A stretch of 64,000 nucleotides of DNA from Phoronis australis. Taxonomy: Eukaryota > Animalia > Phoronida. Under the pieces are notes generated by a model that was not told the DNA's origin, did not search any database, and saw only the letters and a list, made by a program, of their open reading frames with translations. The position numbers and the translations under genes were made by a program. Positions 27,713 to 42,700 of the stretch are shown here, piece after piece (position 1 is the stretch's first letter; each line of letters begins with the position of its first letter). The stretch spans positions 173,109 through 237,108 of the forward strand of contig NMRA01000624.1 in assembly GCA_002633005.1 (NCBI GenBank), written 5' to 3'.

Positions 27713-27758
<46 letters not shown>

Positions 27759-30700
27759 TTATAAATAGCAATAGTTTTAGTTGTAGCAACAGAAACAGCA
27801 GCAGTAGCAGCAGTAGTAGTAATAAAAAACAAAAATAACTGTAACGAACTCAACAAAGATATTAATAACATTCGTTCATAGACAATGGAAAATTCAACAA
27901 TGTGTTATAAGAAATCGATATTGCCAAGAGTTTTTCGCCACCTCAGAGCCTCAAAGAAGGTGGTGGTAAGACGAGCTCGATGCTAACGTAAGTTAACACG
28001 AGTTTTCGCTGAATTGGCAATATCTTTGATCATGTAGCGCTCAACTGATGACGTTTTACAGGACCGAAACCGTGTGTGGATAAAGTAGAAAACTGTGGTT
28101 CTTACGGACACGTCAGCACACTGTGCACGAGGTATAGAAGTTGGGCAAGTGTAAACTGCGAAGCTTACTGCGGCTTTTGTATAGGACGGTCAACAGCGAC
28201 AGGTGAGTGAGAGGATATCAATTGGACTGTGCATTGAAACGGCTAGCTTTTACTGCTTTACAGGTGAGATTTAATTTAGTAATTCGTGTTCATTGCAATC
28301 ATGCTTGTGGTGGTTGGATATTGCTCTTGCGAATGGTGAAGTGAATTTCATTGAAACGCTGTAATGCATATAATTTGTGGGTTATCTGGGTGCAGAATCG
28401 ACGTCATAACATGTTGGGCACATCCATATATGCTCAGTCCTCCACCTCAGAAGCTCACGCAGAACACCTAGACTAACTGTTCCAGTAAGATGCTGATTCT
28501 GGATTTTCCGCCAGATTCCTCTTATTGTAGACTTTGATGCGGTTCTCTTGTCTACACCAAACTGTCACAATCTTTCGACTGTTTCCCCAGTTTCCTCTTC
28601 CCGCTTCTCATCCAGAGCAGTAAGCACCTTTGCCTCACCCATCTCCAAGGCTCACTCCCGCAACTTTGTCAGCCCTTTTGTTACCGACAACTCTTGCATG
28701 ACCCGGCGAAAAAATACAGACAAGGGATTCCAGGTGGGTTTTATGTGGCTCTGCTGTAGTTCGCGCAACATGCTTTGTGAGTCTGTCACAATGGCCGTCC
28801 TGTGAATTTTTGCGAGCATAGCCATCTTAAGTTTACCGCGATTATGCTGAACTTCTTGTTAAAGTTATCGGACTAATGAGTTACAGTACAGTACCCACGA
28901 GAGATACGTTCGGCGAATAGTTTACTGTGGTAGTTATTTTGGAATTTTCGGTTGAAAGAAAAGAAGTTCGCTTTGTGCACTGTTCCACCGAATCGTTATC
29001 CCAAGAATGCTGTCCATTTTCACAAGGCTTTACCGTTTCTTGTGATGGTGTAGATGTTCCGGGGCATTATTTTCTGATTCCTCGCTTCACTGCCGTGGGT
29101 TCAACCTAGATGTTTTAAGCCCTGCACACTGACGTCCAAACAGGTACATGTAACAAGAGACGTCTTCTTAGGCCCATTACTGTTTCATGCGAATAGTTCT
29201 CGTTATGTTTCACGATATCCTCTTCAATCCATTATGCTACTTTTCTCTAATAATATCGACAACCATACTTGTCGTTGTCGTCGTCCTCTCTGTCGATCAT
29301 TGTTGCGTTTCGCCACATGTCGATCTCTAAACTGCACTCATTTTCATCTCTAGCTTTTAATTCCCAATCGATGCGTGTATATATATATCAGTTCGCGGTA
29401 GAAAGGTGGTGGCAATTCACAAAGGCATGTCTATCATCAAAAATCGAATTATATCTCAAAGTAAAACAGGCAACCAACGTTGGAATAATATAGGTGTTAA
29501 TGAACATTTTCCCACTTAAGATCGAAACACCCTGAACCTCATTAATCTATTGTGTATTAACGTCTTTTGAGATAGTGTACTAGGTCTTTTTCTACATGCA
29601 TTTGTTTTCGTTTTGATGACCACGTTCATTCTAAGCCTTTCGCCCCCTATAATAATAATAACGATTAAAGTTATAACTTCTAGAAATTCAGAAAGAGTAT
29701 TTTAATATTAAAATAACATTCAAAACAATAACAATTATTTTTTACTACATTTCAAAGAATTAAACATCGCAACTTGCTTTTTCAATACTTCAGAGAAGGT
29801 GAAGGTAAGTTGAGCTCTCAGCCACCGCGGGATAACACGAGTTTTCACTGAATTAACTGTAAATTTTATAACGTAGCGATTTTCTGGTGACGTTTACAGC
29901 AGCCCGACCGTGTTTGAATAAAGCCGACAACTGTGCTTCTTACGGATCCGTCGACACACTCTGCACGAGGTATAAAAGTTGGGCAAGTGAAAACTGTGAA
30001 GCTTACTGCGGATTTTGCATAGGGCAATCAACGACAGGTAAGTGTGAGGAGATCACCTATGTTTTGAATGGAAACGGAATCTTAAATCTTCTGTTAGTTT
30101 ACACGGATAGAAGCGATAAAACATGTAAGTTTAGCAGTAACTGAAGCCATAACTAGATTTGCATGTAGGAATGCGTACCAATATCCTAATCAAGCGTTTT
30201 ATGACCATTTATTATTTGAGCGTTTCGCGATGAGAGGCATGGTTGCAAACTTTATACGTATGTGAATGTTGGTGTCCTTAATTGTAGAGGCATATTCTTT
30301 GTTGAGGATACAGGAGGATTCAGTGTCTGTGGAATTTTTGGGACTCGAGAGCTTATTTCCTAAATGATATCTCAGATTAGATGTTCTATCCAGCTTGCCT
30401 CACGTGCGCACTAATATGTAACAATTCAGTGACGTTCTGCAAAGTTTCCTTCGGTGAAAGATAAACAAACGAGTAATATATTATCAATTAAATCGGCCAT
30501 GAATAGAGCAAAAAAATTGGAAACAAAACTTAACTGAAAGTGACTGTGCCTAAAATGAAGTTGCCTATAAAACACGTGTATATGCACTTGATCTAAGTGT
30601 TTTTCCAAACCCGTTTTGCGAGACTATTGTTACTGACAGGCAAAAGACACCAATGCCGGGTTGCATGAAACAGTCCCAATTAGGGACTCAAAAAAGTTCC

Positions 30701-33700
30701 CTAAATCTTTTTCCTGTTTGCGTCTTTGTTTACCCACAGATGTAATCGTTTCCTGTCATTTAATCTTTATCATGATCTCCCCTTTTGATTAAAGACATTT
30801 TATAACAATATCAATAAAATTGAGCCCTGAATTCAATGAAAATAACTAGGCACATGGTCCTTAAGTTAGGAGTTTTGCATGAAGAGATCCCTATACATGT
30901 AAATTTTCGATAATATTGAGAATTCAACGTCCAGTTCACTCTCGATTTGTATGGAAGCCAAAACTTGACTTAGTAATGAAACTAAAACAGCATCAGAAAG
31001 GACAGTCAGTGTTTTCACAAGTCCACAAACACGCAGTGGATTTTGGGAACTTAGCCGAGTCCCAGTTTGGGACTATTTCATTCAACCGGCAACTGAGTTC
31101 CTTGCTAATTTTCATATCTGCAGATCTTACGACATTTTTTATCAAAATCAGGAGTCTACCAGAAAGGAAACCAGTCAGTCATTCAGTCAGGGTACAATGA
31201 GTGCAGTAATTTGGTGGCTCTACCATCAAGAATGTTTTACATGTACATGTATGTACACTCACACACACGCACACACACACGCACACACATACATGTACAT
31301 ATAAATGCAGATATAGTTAAGTAGTTATACGTATACAGCTACATCTACATCTACTGATACATGTTTGTGTATACATATAAACATACCCACATTCATATAT
31401 TGCTTACATACAGAGTACGTGATCTTCATGCATAAGTATTTAATGGTTGTATTATTAATATTGAAATAGAATTTAAGAAAGACATTCTTTTGTAGCTATG
31501 TTCCATATTTAGCTAACCCCTTTTTCTTCAATGATGTAATTTCACACAGCGATATTCAACATACATGTATGAGCCACAAACAATACTGTCCAACACGTAG
31601 ATACTGGCATAAACGAGATCCGGTATGGACTGATCGGCGAGTGCACGTCAGTTATGGGTAGTGGAACAGGACAATGTAATTTCCACTACGTTTCGTTTGG
31701 ACACTGTGTTGAATATATCTTCTCCAGAAGTGGAGTAATATGAGGAGTAATACTTTTTCCTGTTATATTTTTTCATCTTCATCGTGGAAGTTTTCATCTC
31801 CAACGGCCACGACATCCATTGCTTTTCACTCCTCTCCACTAATGTCACAACATAGGCCATAAACACCTTTATTGTGGCATATTGTGTTTTGCAATTTTTT
31901 GATTTTCTGCATTCCTGTGTTTTTATTACGATTTTAATTCATCATGCCTCTTTGTCGTTGTCGACGTCGTTGTTACTGACATGGCTTAAGTCGGCTTTAA
32001 ACTGTGTAACGATCAATTAATCTGAAATTACTCATACAACCGAGTTCATCATGTTGGCTTAAAAAACCATGTTTAATAGTTAAACCAGTACTGCTTTATT
32101 CGCTGTGCGGACCAGGGATCGTGTTAAATGTGCTACTGGGGCAACAGAAATTGGAATTCAGTATGAAAAATGAAACAGTGTTTGATAAGATCGCAGATGA
32201 TGTTCCCCATCCTCAATGGTTACGACTACGACGCCTGCACGTTCAATGGGTTTTTGTTGAGTCATAATTACACATTCGAAGCTTAACCGTCTACTTTTAT
32301 ATTTACATCGTCGAAGGTTGAAATTAGTCCTCCTTGCAGAATTGTGTACAGTAGGTGATGCAAACTGCGGAACCGTGTAGCTGCCCAATTGAACACACGA
32401 AGTACATGTACTGTATAACGTACACATCTTAATTCAGGTTCAACCTAGATCGGACCAGGTCTAAAGATAAACCTGATATCAGATCTGAGGAATATAAAAC
32501 TCGATGGTGAAATTGAAACTGATTTCGGTTATGTTTGAACAGGATTCAAACCAGGTTTAATTATACAACTGATTTCAATGTTAAAGCACCTTTGGGAATA
32601 AAAATTATCTCTAAAATTACTGTGAGTAAAATGTATGATTACCAACATAACCTTTCAACCACCTTTGTTTATTCGGCTGATTACGTCCACTTTGACCCGA
32701 AATTTCCATTTTCACTTGTTAGATCAATTTTGAATCCTGAAATAAATATTTACCCGTTAGGTCAAATTTGAACCATTGACATGTTCTTGGGATCAGGTTA
32801 TTTTGCGAGGTGTTTTTGTTTAATTGGCCCTATACATGTATGTATACTCAAATGGTACTATGTTTGTCATAACCGTCCTCCATGTATATAACCACAGCCC
32901 AATCAACTAATGTATTTTCCGTTACCTCGACAGCGTGTAGCTACAATGTACAAAACACACATGTGCCTATTTCAGTGCAGATCTATACACTACGTTCAAA
33001 TCGTGAACATTTTTCAGATGTAATAAAAACTTGCCGCACTTGCTCGTGTTCGGTATCATCATATGGTCATGGAATAAAAAATCCGAAATATAATTTTACG
33101 ACAACAAATGCAAAAAACGTACCGAGAGTGGCGTACATGAAGTAATATCCCACGAGGCATTATTCCGCATTTCGATACGAGGAATAATGTCGTATTTATC
33201 CCATCCGCTTCGAATTCCTAAGTTTCTTTCAGTTTTTCGCAAATTTTATGCTTCACTCTGACAGTTCACTTGGCGGATCGCGTATGTACATGTATGTACT
33301 TGCGTGTTAGGTTGAAAGTTTTCTTTAGTAAAAGAAACAGTTGTAAATGTAACGACTTGTTACTTGAAAATAGATAACAAAGATGAAAACAAGGGTAACT
33401 TTGCATTGAACTTGTAACATCGCCTGAAAATAGTTCAATAACAACAATATGTGATATTGACGACGAATCGGAGCCTGAGTTGCAGACGATATAATATATA
33501 GAAATTGAAATATAATTGTCATATAAGTAACAGTCCTGTTCCAGGTGTTACGATTGAGACCTGGTGGCACGCTAAGTGGTATTTACACTGCTACAATTGA
33601 ATTATTTTAAGCTATTTTCCGAAACATTGATGATCTAACCGGCTAACGACGTCGAGTCGACATTGACCTACATTTTGAACCTTCAGGTTCAGAGGTCAAT

Positions 33701-36700
33701 GTTGAAGTAGTGCAGGAGATGAATACGGAAAACATTATTACTTGGCCGTATTTCCTCGACAGATTCAACGCGTATCGGATAAAAATATTACTAACTCTCA
33801 ATGTCAAAATACTATGTTATGTGGACTTTAACTTTGTGATCATGAAATATCAACTAATTGGCTAGCCAGCCAGCTAGCTGTATGAAGACTGTCGTCAAAA
33901 CATCTAGGTACCATTGTGTGTATTTTTTCCGTAGACATCGGAATTGCACACAGCCAGGGTAGTTCTGCTCTACCCCCTCGCCGTGAAACTTGTATCAACA
34001 TGTAAAGCTAAAGACCGGACGGGGTACATGCAAAGTCTGGGAATCAACAGACACTCACCTTGCCCGTTGCAGCCGTTTTTAACAGTGAAAAACAATGCAA
34101 TAAACGTCATTTTTGCGAAACTCTCCGCCTTTTCTAACCATGTAAAGTATGTCGTCGTTTTGAAAACAATACGCTCGTGTTACGCGCACGCGCCATTTCC
34201 TAAATTTTTGCGACATCTCTCAGGAGATGGTGATAGCTTAGCAGCAGCAAAATTTCTTCTGAAATTCGTTTTTACGGTATCAAAATTCTAAAAACTTATA
34301 ATGAAGTGAAACCAGTTCGGATACTTTGTTGTGACATGTATGCAATCTCGTGAAACAACAACAGTTTATTGAAGAATTGGCGAAAAAAGAAACTGGTCAA
34401 TAGGTGACGCAATATTTCTTGGCGCCGAAAGCAGTCGCTAAATATCGCTCCACAATTTAGCAGCAGAATAACGGTAGAACGCCAGTTTTTCCAACACCGT
34501 TGAATAATTAAGTTTACTCAAGGAATACTGTAGTTTTTAATGACACTAATTTTGTGTCAGATTTTATCTTACCACTTTGTTACCCACATGGGTGCAAAGC
34601 TATATATTTATATACGGCTTTGTACCAAGGCTACCAACTGGCACGCTCTGTTAAAATCTCTCGTGTACATATACAATATGTGCCACGACCAGGGCCCAGG
34701 TTCTAATATTTTTACTCGAAATGGAACTAGAAATTATGTTTTCATTTTTCTGCTCTTTTTTGCGTACGCCTATCATAAGTGTCCATTCCTCTATCCTCGA
34801 GTACATAATGACTTACATGTACGTCTTAGTTGGCAGTTCATAAATCCAGCATTAAGGCTAAAAACTAGAAATTTTGAGTTTTTACTCGAGTTTGTGGTGC
34901 GAATACAAGGGTCATCAATTGCAAACTTGAACTAGAAACCCATATGCGCGAACTGCACTTATCTTGAGTTTGCACAAAAGTAGCAGAGAAATTGCCAGAA
35001 ACAATTTGGAGTTCGTTTCTAGTTCAGAGATTAGATTCCAGCTCCAGGATTTGTACTCAAGGCATTGACAACTGAAATAGTAATGTTAATATTTTAAGTA
35101 ACATGAAATTACACTTTAACTTGAATGCTTCTACATAGAGTATTTATCATAAGAAGACACGTTGATCACCCACTGTAACTCATTAGCGAGGTATGTACAC
35201 ACACGTATTATCGTTTCAGTTCCCACAACGCTACCGACAAGTACACGTGAGTATATGGAGTCACGCTTATTGCTATCAAAATCATAACATGCCTCAACTG
35301 TTTTACTGTATATTTGGTGAATTATTAAGCGATACGTGCCTCGAATTTTTGCTGTGCCACTAAATTCTTTGACAGTTTGTAAAAACGCATGTCACTCTTT
35401 TGATCTGATTGACATGGAAATTACAAAAATCTTTTATGATGAACGTATTTCGAGGGCTGCTTTTTATTGAAATTAACCGCAAAGTGATGTTGTGGTGTTT
35501 TTTTGATTTTTCGCTGCCACTTGAAGCAGAAGTTTCGGAAATTTGAAATGTTGAGTGGCCTCCTCAATCATTTTTCGACGCATGATATCCGTTTCTCATT
35601 ACAGACTTTTGTTGTTGTGATAGATAGTTCAGTAGATCTCATTTTTGACTTCATTCTTCGCTTCACCGCTGTTGGTTCACCAGCTATTGTACAGTGATGT
35701 CTTAAATCGTTTATGCCATCAATGAAACAGGTTTTCACGTCTAGAGCCCATATCTAAATTGCATGTACAATGTACGTTCTGAGAAATCCTCTGACGTCTG
35801 AGATATCTGCCTGACCCATTAGATCCATTTCTGACTACTTTGATATATTTTGTCCATTTTGATCCACAATGTTTTTTCTCGGATGTTCACAACCATCCTC
35901 GTCGTTGGCTTCATCATTTCCGTGGATCGCTTCTGTATTTCGCCACATCTCGTTCTCTCACTGGCTCTCATTTCCATCTCTGCCATTACATGCCAATTGC
36001 TATACGGTATCTGTTTGCTTCAAAAATACACTAGCACTTAAGGAAGGCGCGACTACGATCAAACATAAAATTAGAAACTCAAACAAATAATGTCAGCCCA
36101 AGGTTGAATAAAAATGAGTATTAAATAAACGTTTTCTCATCTTAGTCTTTAGTACCAAACGGAATGCATTAAAACATTGTACATTAACGCCTAATTATGC
36201 GTATAGGGGAGAACGTCCATTTTGACCAATTATTTCCAGCTTGATGACTATTTACATGTTTACCCAATGTGTCCATTATAATTGTATTAACAATAAAAAT
36301 AAAAACAATAATAATAATAATTACAACAAACTCACAACATATTATTTAATATCTATATATATACATTAAACAATCACAATTTCAACAATATATTTCTTCA
36401 TCAGCAATCCAATATTGCGAGTAGATTTGTTGTATACACTTCAGTGAAGGTGACGCAAACGTAAGCCAAAGGCCACCTTAAGTTACGACGAATTTTAATA
36501 GATTAAATTAATCTACACTAAGGTGACGTTGTGGTGGCTTCGAATAAAAGAATTTGTGTTTATAGTTAGGCTCTCGGGGTGCCCCAACGATCAGGTGACT
36601 TCGAGACAGCCACCAAAATGATCGAAATGTAATCACATAAACCAAAATGGAGCTTAATCAGTTGTTTCTATATACTTACCAACAGAACCTACTAAAATGT

Positions 36701-39700
36701 AGAATCGTGATATCCGTGTAATCAGTTGTGCATCTTTGTGACTATGTGCTTTGATTCTGAATTACTAATGAATTGTACGATTTAACGATCAACCAATGAC
36801 GTTTTGCAGCACCACGCCCGTGTGTGAATAAAATCAACAACTGTGCTAGCTACGGACCAGCCAGCTCACTCTGCCTCCTATATAAAAGTTGGGCAAGTGA
36901 AAGATGCGAAGCCTACTGCGGCTTTTGTGTACCACCGTCGACCACCACAGGTGAGGCGATCACCAGGGCTATGAATGGAAAAAGTTATCTTGAATCATAC
37001 AATAAAATATGCGGTGAGAAATAATGATATCCAAGTGCTCTATGCACGCACTATTTAGGGTCACGTGCCCATATTCGAAATAGTGAGTTGTTTATTTAAA
37101 CTATTTATAGAATAATTTTGCAATTACGGCGTATGCTCCTGTTTTGGTCATGTGCACAGGTTTATGTTCTTTGTTCAGGCACATCCCTTGTTGTGCATGT
37201 AGGAAAATGCATTGTCCGTGGAATAAAATTTCACGCAACATTTCGGAACAATTTTTCTATAGTTAGTCTCAGATAAGATGCTAATTGTCGTGACCCATTT
37301 TGGCCGTATTATGTAACTAAAAATGAGATTGCACCCTTGGCAAACCATGGAGGTGCTGCATGTTTTCAAGGGTTGACACCGACCTTATACGTGCAGTTCC
37401 ACTTACAAAAATGTTTCAGTGCCATGGACGCATTAAGTATTCTCAAATGAAAGCCACACTTTTTGATTAATGGCCATGTTTAAGTACAGTTACACCAGTA
37501 TTTACTTTGTGCCTTCTGATATCTGTGCAGTGTTTGACGAATAAGAATTTCAGATTTCTTGTTGATCAAGCTTCGCCGGCGCATTTGAAGCCGATAGCAA
37601 CGAATAAATAACAATGATCAGATCAATATAACTATATTGCACGCAGAAAACCCGCAGCAACTACATGTATGTACGTAATGATACGAAAAGGCATTGCTCC
37701 AATGTACATGCAAAAATACAGACGGCAATTACCCACTTACCTTATATGAATCAATGCCGCAAACTTCTTCAATCATAAACGATTACAGAAACTACTCAGT
37801 CTAGGGCAACTGCCTCGAATCTTCAACTAAGAAATCTCAAACAGTTGCATAATTAACGAAAACGCTTTCTGAGACACAAGGGAAATCAGTATACGAAAAT
37901 CGTTACTCCTGTTGGAATCGACACGGCATAGAGGTCAGGCCAAATTTCGGAAATAAAATTTGCCGGTTTCAAAGCAATTCATTGTGCCCTTTATTTAGCT
38001 AAAATTCAATCTGCAGGTTTTTGAGGGGAATCGACATTTAGTTCAAGTTGACTACGAACTAATAATTGTACCCGATATTTACTCTTAGTTCATATTATTT
38101 AGCCATTTTAAACAAATCAACGGTGTACTCCTATACCAACCTCAGTAACCCCAAGAAACCTTCTGAAATAAACAGAAAACATTTAAAATTAATCGTTAAC
38201 CCGTTATTTACATGTATTCAAACTTCAGTCTAGAGGAAGAATCAAACACGTCTCAAGGACATGCATTTTACAAATACAAAATACACTGTATTTTCTAATT
38301 TTAAAATCCATTTAATAAAATCAACCAGCAAGCCAGCAGACTTTACTATAGACGCACAATAGAAGATCATCCTGTAAAAGTCCCATGAATTCCTATTTAC
38401 ACCCAGAACAAAACACGTCAATTATGCTTAGTTCATATAAAAAAACAATCAATGAACCCCAGTATACCTTCGTAAAAATAAACAGAACAGTTGTCCATGA
38501 TAGCAAGTGGCAGCATATGTTAAAGAAAACAACAACGGTTTTAAGTCGACTTAACATGTTTCGGTGTCATTTATTCAAACACCATCATCAGAAGAGAGAA
38601 TGCAGTGGCCACCTAGCTAAGCCCAGGAACAAGTAATGAAGCACAGATACAGTCAGGTACAGGGAGTGACAATGAAGTAGACCAACAATGACAACCTGTG
38701 GTGCGCCAGTTGCCTATTGAGATTGGGCTTGCACCAACTGATGTGTAGAGCCTCACGAATTTTAAGCTCCTTTGTTGTTATTGCATGGTCTATTATTGCA
38801 AAGTCATGAAAATATTCACCTACAGAGTTTTTAGCCGAGTCATAGATTAGAAGCGCTATATGGCAAATATGCCCTCATCTGAAAGATATTTCCTTTGATA
38901 TATCTAGATTAGAAGATATTGCTACTTCAGTATTATCTATAGTTATTTCATCTGATTACGTCCACTTTGAATCGATGTTTTCCTTTCAACTTGTTAAGCC
39001 CATTATAACTCATGGAATCAATTTCCCCCTTTTGTCATTTTTGAACTATTATTTTATGTTTAGTGGCAATGGTCTGATATAACGTGTCCGAGTTTTGAGA
39101 ACCAGCTTTCTCCACTAAATAACGGGCATCAAACTGGTTCTCAAAATACAGGCACTGTCACGTTTTTCCCCGTGTGTGGGTGGGCGCAGGTTGTTACAGA
39201 CCGGTGCTAATAGCTTTCGGTGCGAAGATTGACCGAAGACTGGTTCGAGTTATTCCTTTATTAATCCCGACCGTACGTTCACAAGCCTACTCAAACAAAA
39301 CGTCCGAGGTAATGTGTGTTTATGCTCCAGCCAGTGCTGCGAAGCCTTGACTTGTGTTGAACTTCTGAGACACTTCCAGCAACTGTTACACTCGATTCAA
39401 TAACCTGCTGTCTCTATAGCTGGCTCTCTATTGACTATCGCTGTAACTGCTGATTCTCTTCACTGCAACTCAACTGTAGTTCTCCTGATAAACTTTCTTG
39501 AACTCACCGATTAACTGACTTGATCTTCTCTTGAACTGACTTGATCTCACTGATTTAATCTTCTTGGACTCAAGTGACTAACACAAACCCGTGCTTGTGT
39601 ATTTATAGCCTAATGCATTGTTCTAGAACTTTTCATCAATTCAAGCACATACCAGAATTTTCTGGAACCTACCCAATCATTCTACAAACATGTACTAGTC

Positions 39701-42700
39701 TCTAGAATATTCCAGACTGCATTAATCACTGTCATGCTAGAGTCTTCTAGAAAGTTCCACACTATACTGCAGTAAACAAATTACACCATCACTGTTCTGA
39801 CCTCAGTCTTCTAGAAAAGTTCCACACTATTTTGTAGTAAACAAATTACATCATCACTGTACTTAACTCAGGGGTCATGCCAATCAAACATAATAACAAA
39901 ACAAAACAATACAACTAAAAATACTGTCAGACCATATTCTGACAGGCACGTTCTGTCAGACTATTGCCTGTTTAGTATAATGTATTTTTGCAAATGACAC
40001 AAGTTTTGTCTCAATCATTCTGTTTGACGGCAGTGACTTCCTCGACAGGGTGTACATGTAGATGCAATAGACACCTGCGCCACTTTCGGTGCTGAATTCT
40101 GCATTGCGATAACATAGTGGGCAAGTGAAAGATGTAAAAACAAACTGCAGCATTAACAGAGATTTAGTACGATTACTCGGTCATTGAATGAAAGTTATGA
40201 AATGTCAAGTTAAACTATCAGAAATGTAACTGCATATCGGTGTCATTTTTTACGTTGTGCGTACTTCAACGAGATAGCTGCTCAACATGACACGAATATC
40301 AATCGGCATGATCTCAGTGTTGAAAGCGTGTCGTACACGTACAACATACATGTACTTATGTCGCAACACGCCACGACTTGTATACCCAAGACCTTGAAAA
40401 ATGTAGTGAACATGTCCACGCAAACTGTATAGGTTAAGAAGACATTGTGTTTGGATTTTAATGCTTTTACAAATAGTTTTCGGAAGAAGATACAGTAAGC
40501 ACCAGCTGTAATTAAATACTTTGGTACATACATGTATTCTGGTTTCAGTTGCTACAACGCCAACGACAAGTACATATACGTACGGGTTTTTATTCTTATT
40601 GTTATCAACTTCGTAACATTATACAATTGTTTCTTTGCATGGGATTTACATGTAGTTGGTTTATTACTAAGCGATACGTTTTAATAATAATTTGCTGTGA
40701 CATCAGTTTTTTGTTAATTCATTGACCTTTTGTACACAGCATCTCGCATTTCTCAGCTGATTGATAGGTAACTTGTATGCGGAACGTGTTTGGGGAGTTG
40801 ATTTTGTCATTTGAAACATAGCAATTCACGTTTTCACATCAAAAGCGTATCTCTGAAATTACATTTTATGCTGGGCGAGTTAACGTCTAAACGGATCCCA
40901 GATCTTCGTCGTTGGTGTCGTCATCTCCGTCGATCATTAAATTTCTTTCGTCTCGTTCTAAAAGGTTTTTCGTTTTCAAATATGTCATTACATGACAATC
41001 ATTGAGTGTATTCATTATAAAATATCTGCTACCTGTAGAAACTTGTTACCACTTACTAAAGGCATGTCAGCGGTTAAACACCAAATTAGGATCACAAAAG
41101 AAGACAGTCAACGAAGGATTGGATAAAATAAATATCAAGTAAACGGCTTCTCATCTTAGGCCCGTATGCCATATGAATTGAACTTTCTGTATATTAACGT
41201 TTATCCGGATACCGTAATATTTGTATGTCCTTTTGACACCTGTATGCCCCTTAACGGTAACAACAGTAATAATAATTACACCAAACTGACACAATTGTTA
41301 TTAAAATCCATATGCAAACAATGAAAATTCACAAAGTGTTTCTTCATAGGTGATCGATCATCTCCAGTGTTTTTTCAACACTTCAGCGAAAAACGAGTGC
41401 TTAGGGGATTTCGAGGACACCTTAAGTTTGCAACATACATGTATTTCCAATGAATTAAGGTAACCTTACCTTCAGGTGACCTAAGGAGGCTTCGAATAAG
41501 TGAATGTTATTGATGCTACAATCGGGCGACTTCGAGTAAGTCACAGCGGGCCCAAAATGTATCAGTGGAACCGAACTATAATTCAATCAATTGTTAGTGT
41601 ACCTGTACGAACAGAACTTACTAAAGCGTAGAATTTTAACACTCGTGTAACCGGTTGCGTGTATACGAGAACCTATGTTTGAATATGTGAACTTTTTCTG
41701 AATTAGCAATGAATTTTATGACGTTCTGATCACGTGATGACGTTTTACAGCACCCCGGCCGTGTGTGAATAAAGTCGATTGTGCTTCTTACGGCGAAGTC
41801 AACACACTCTGCACTGAGTACAGAGGTTGGGCGAGTGACAATTGCGAAGCTTACTGCGGCTTTTGCGTAGCACCTTCAACACTACCGACAAAAAGTAAGT
41901 TTGGATGAATCACATGGGATGTGAAATGAAAATGAATCTTGATGCCTTTGCTAGCCTATACGGTTTGAAACGGTGACAACTTTAGCAATACACAGCCATC
42001 GCCAAGTGTTCTGTATTTGCTCGTATGCGCCTGTTTTTATGAGACGTGTTTGTGGAAGTGTTTTTTCAATGAGCCACATGCTCCTAGATTTTACTCGTAT
42101 GTAAAGGTTGACGTTCTTTGTAAAAGTGCATTCCTTTTTGAGGACGCAGTAACATGCATTGTCTGTGGTACAATTTTACGCGACCTTCCTTACTGACATC
42201 TCAGATGAGATGTTCTGTCTTACTCCATTCACTTGTGCAGTAATACTTAACCAGCGCTAAGGAATAACAGGCAACTTTCCAATTCTTTGACAAACTTTTG
42301 CAAAATTAACGTTTCATATTCCTGAAGGATAAGCAAATGAATGTGTTATTAATCGAATCGAGCCTAAACTAAATGTTTAAAGTTTGGAAAACTTTGTTTG
42401 GCTCCAACAATGCAGTTAAAATTGCCATTAAAACCATTTACAATGGCAACATTTTCATATCAAAAATAACTGTGCTTGAAATTCAGTTGCAGATAAAACA
42501 AAAGTACATGTGCATGCGCTGTGTCAAAGTATTTTTAACGTTTAAACAATGTTTCAAAGTTCTTCTCACATTTGTGACTGACAAGCAATCATTTTGAGAA
42601 GCTTCATGCGAAATTTCATACGTGTAGGTATTACGGCAATCTTTGTTCAAAATCAGAATTCTATAAAGAAAGCTCACTGAGTCAGTGAGTCTGGGTGCCT

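Noticed and set aside
27683-27871. Poly-Ile ORF, and the YI-repeat ORF at 442..672
   Set aside because: These are translations of (AAT)n and (TA)n microsatellites.
29887-30144. ORFs 29887..30144 and 36824..37024 as standalone toxin genes
   Set aside because: They have no signal peptide; they are internal exons read through into intron, with clear splice sites.
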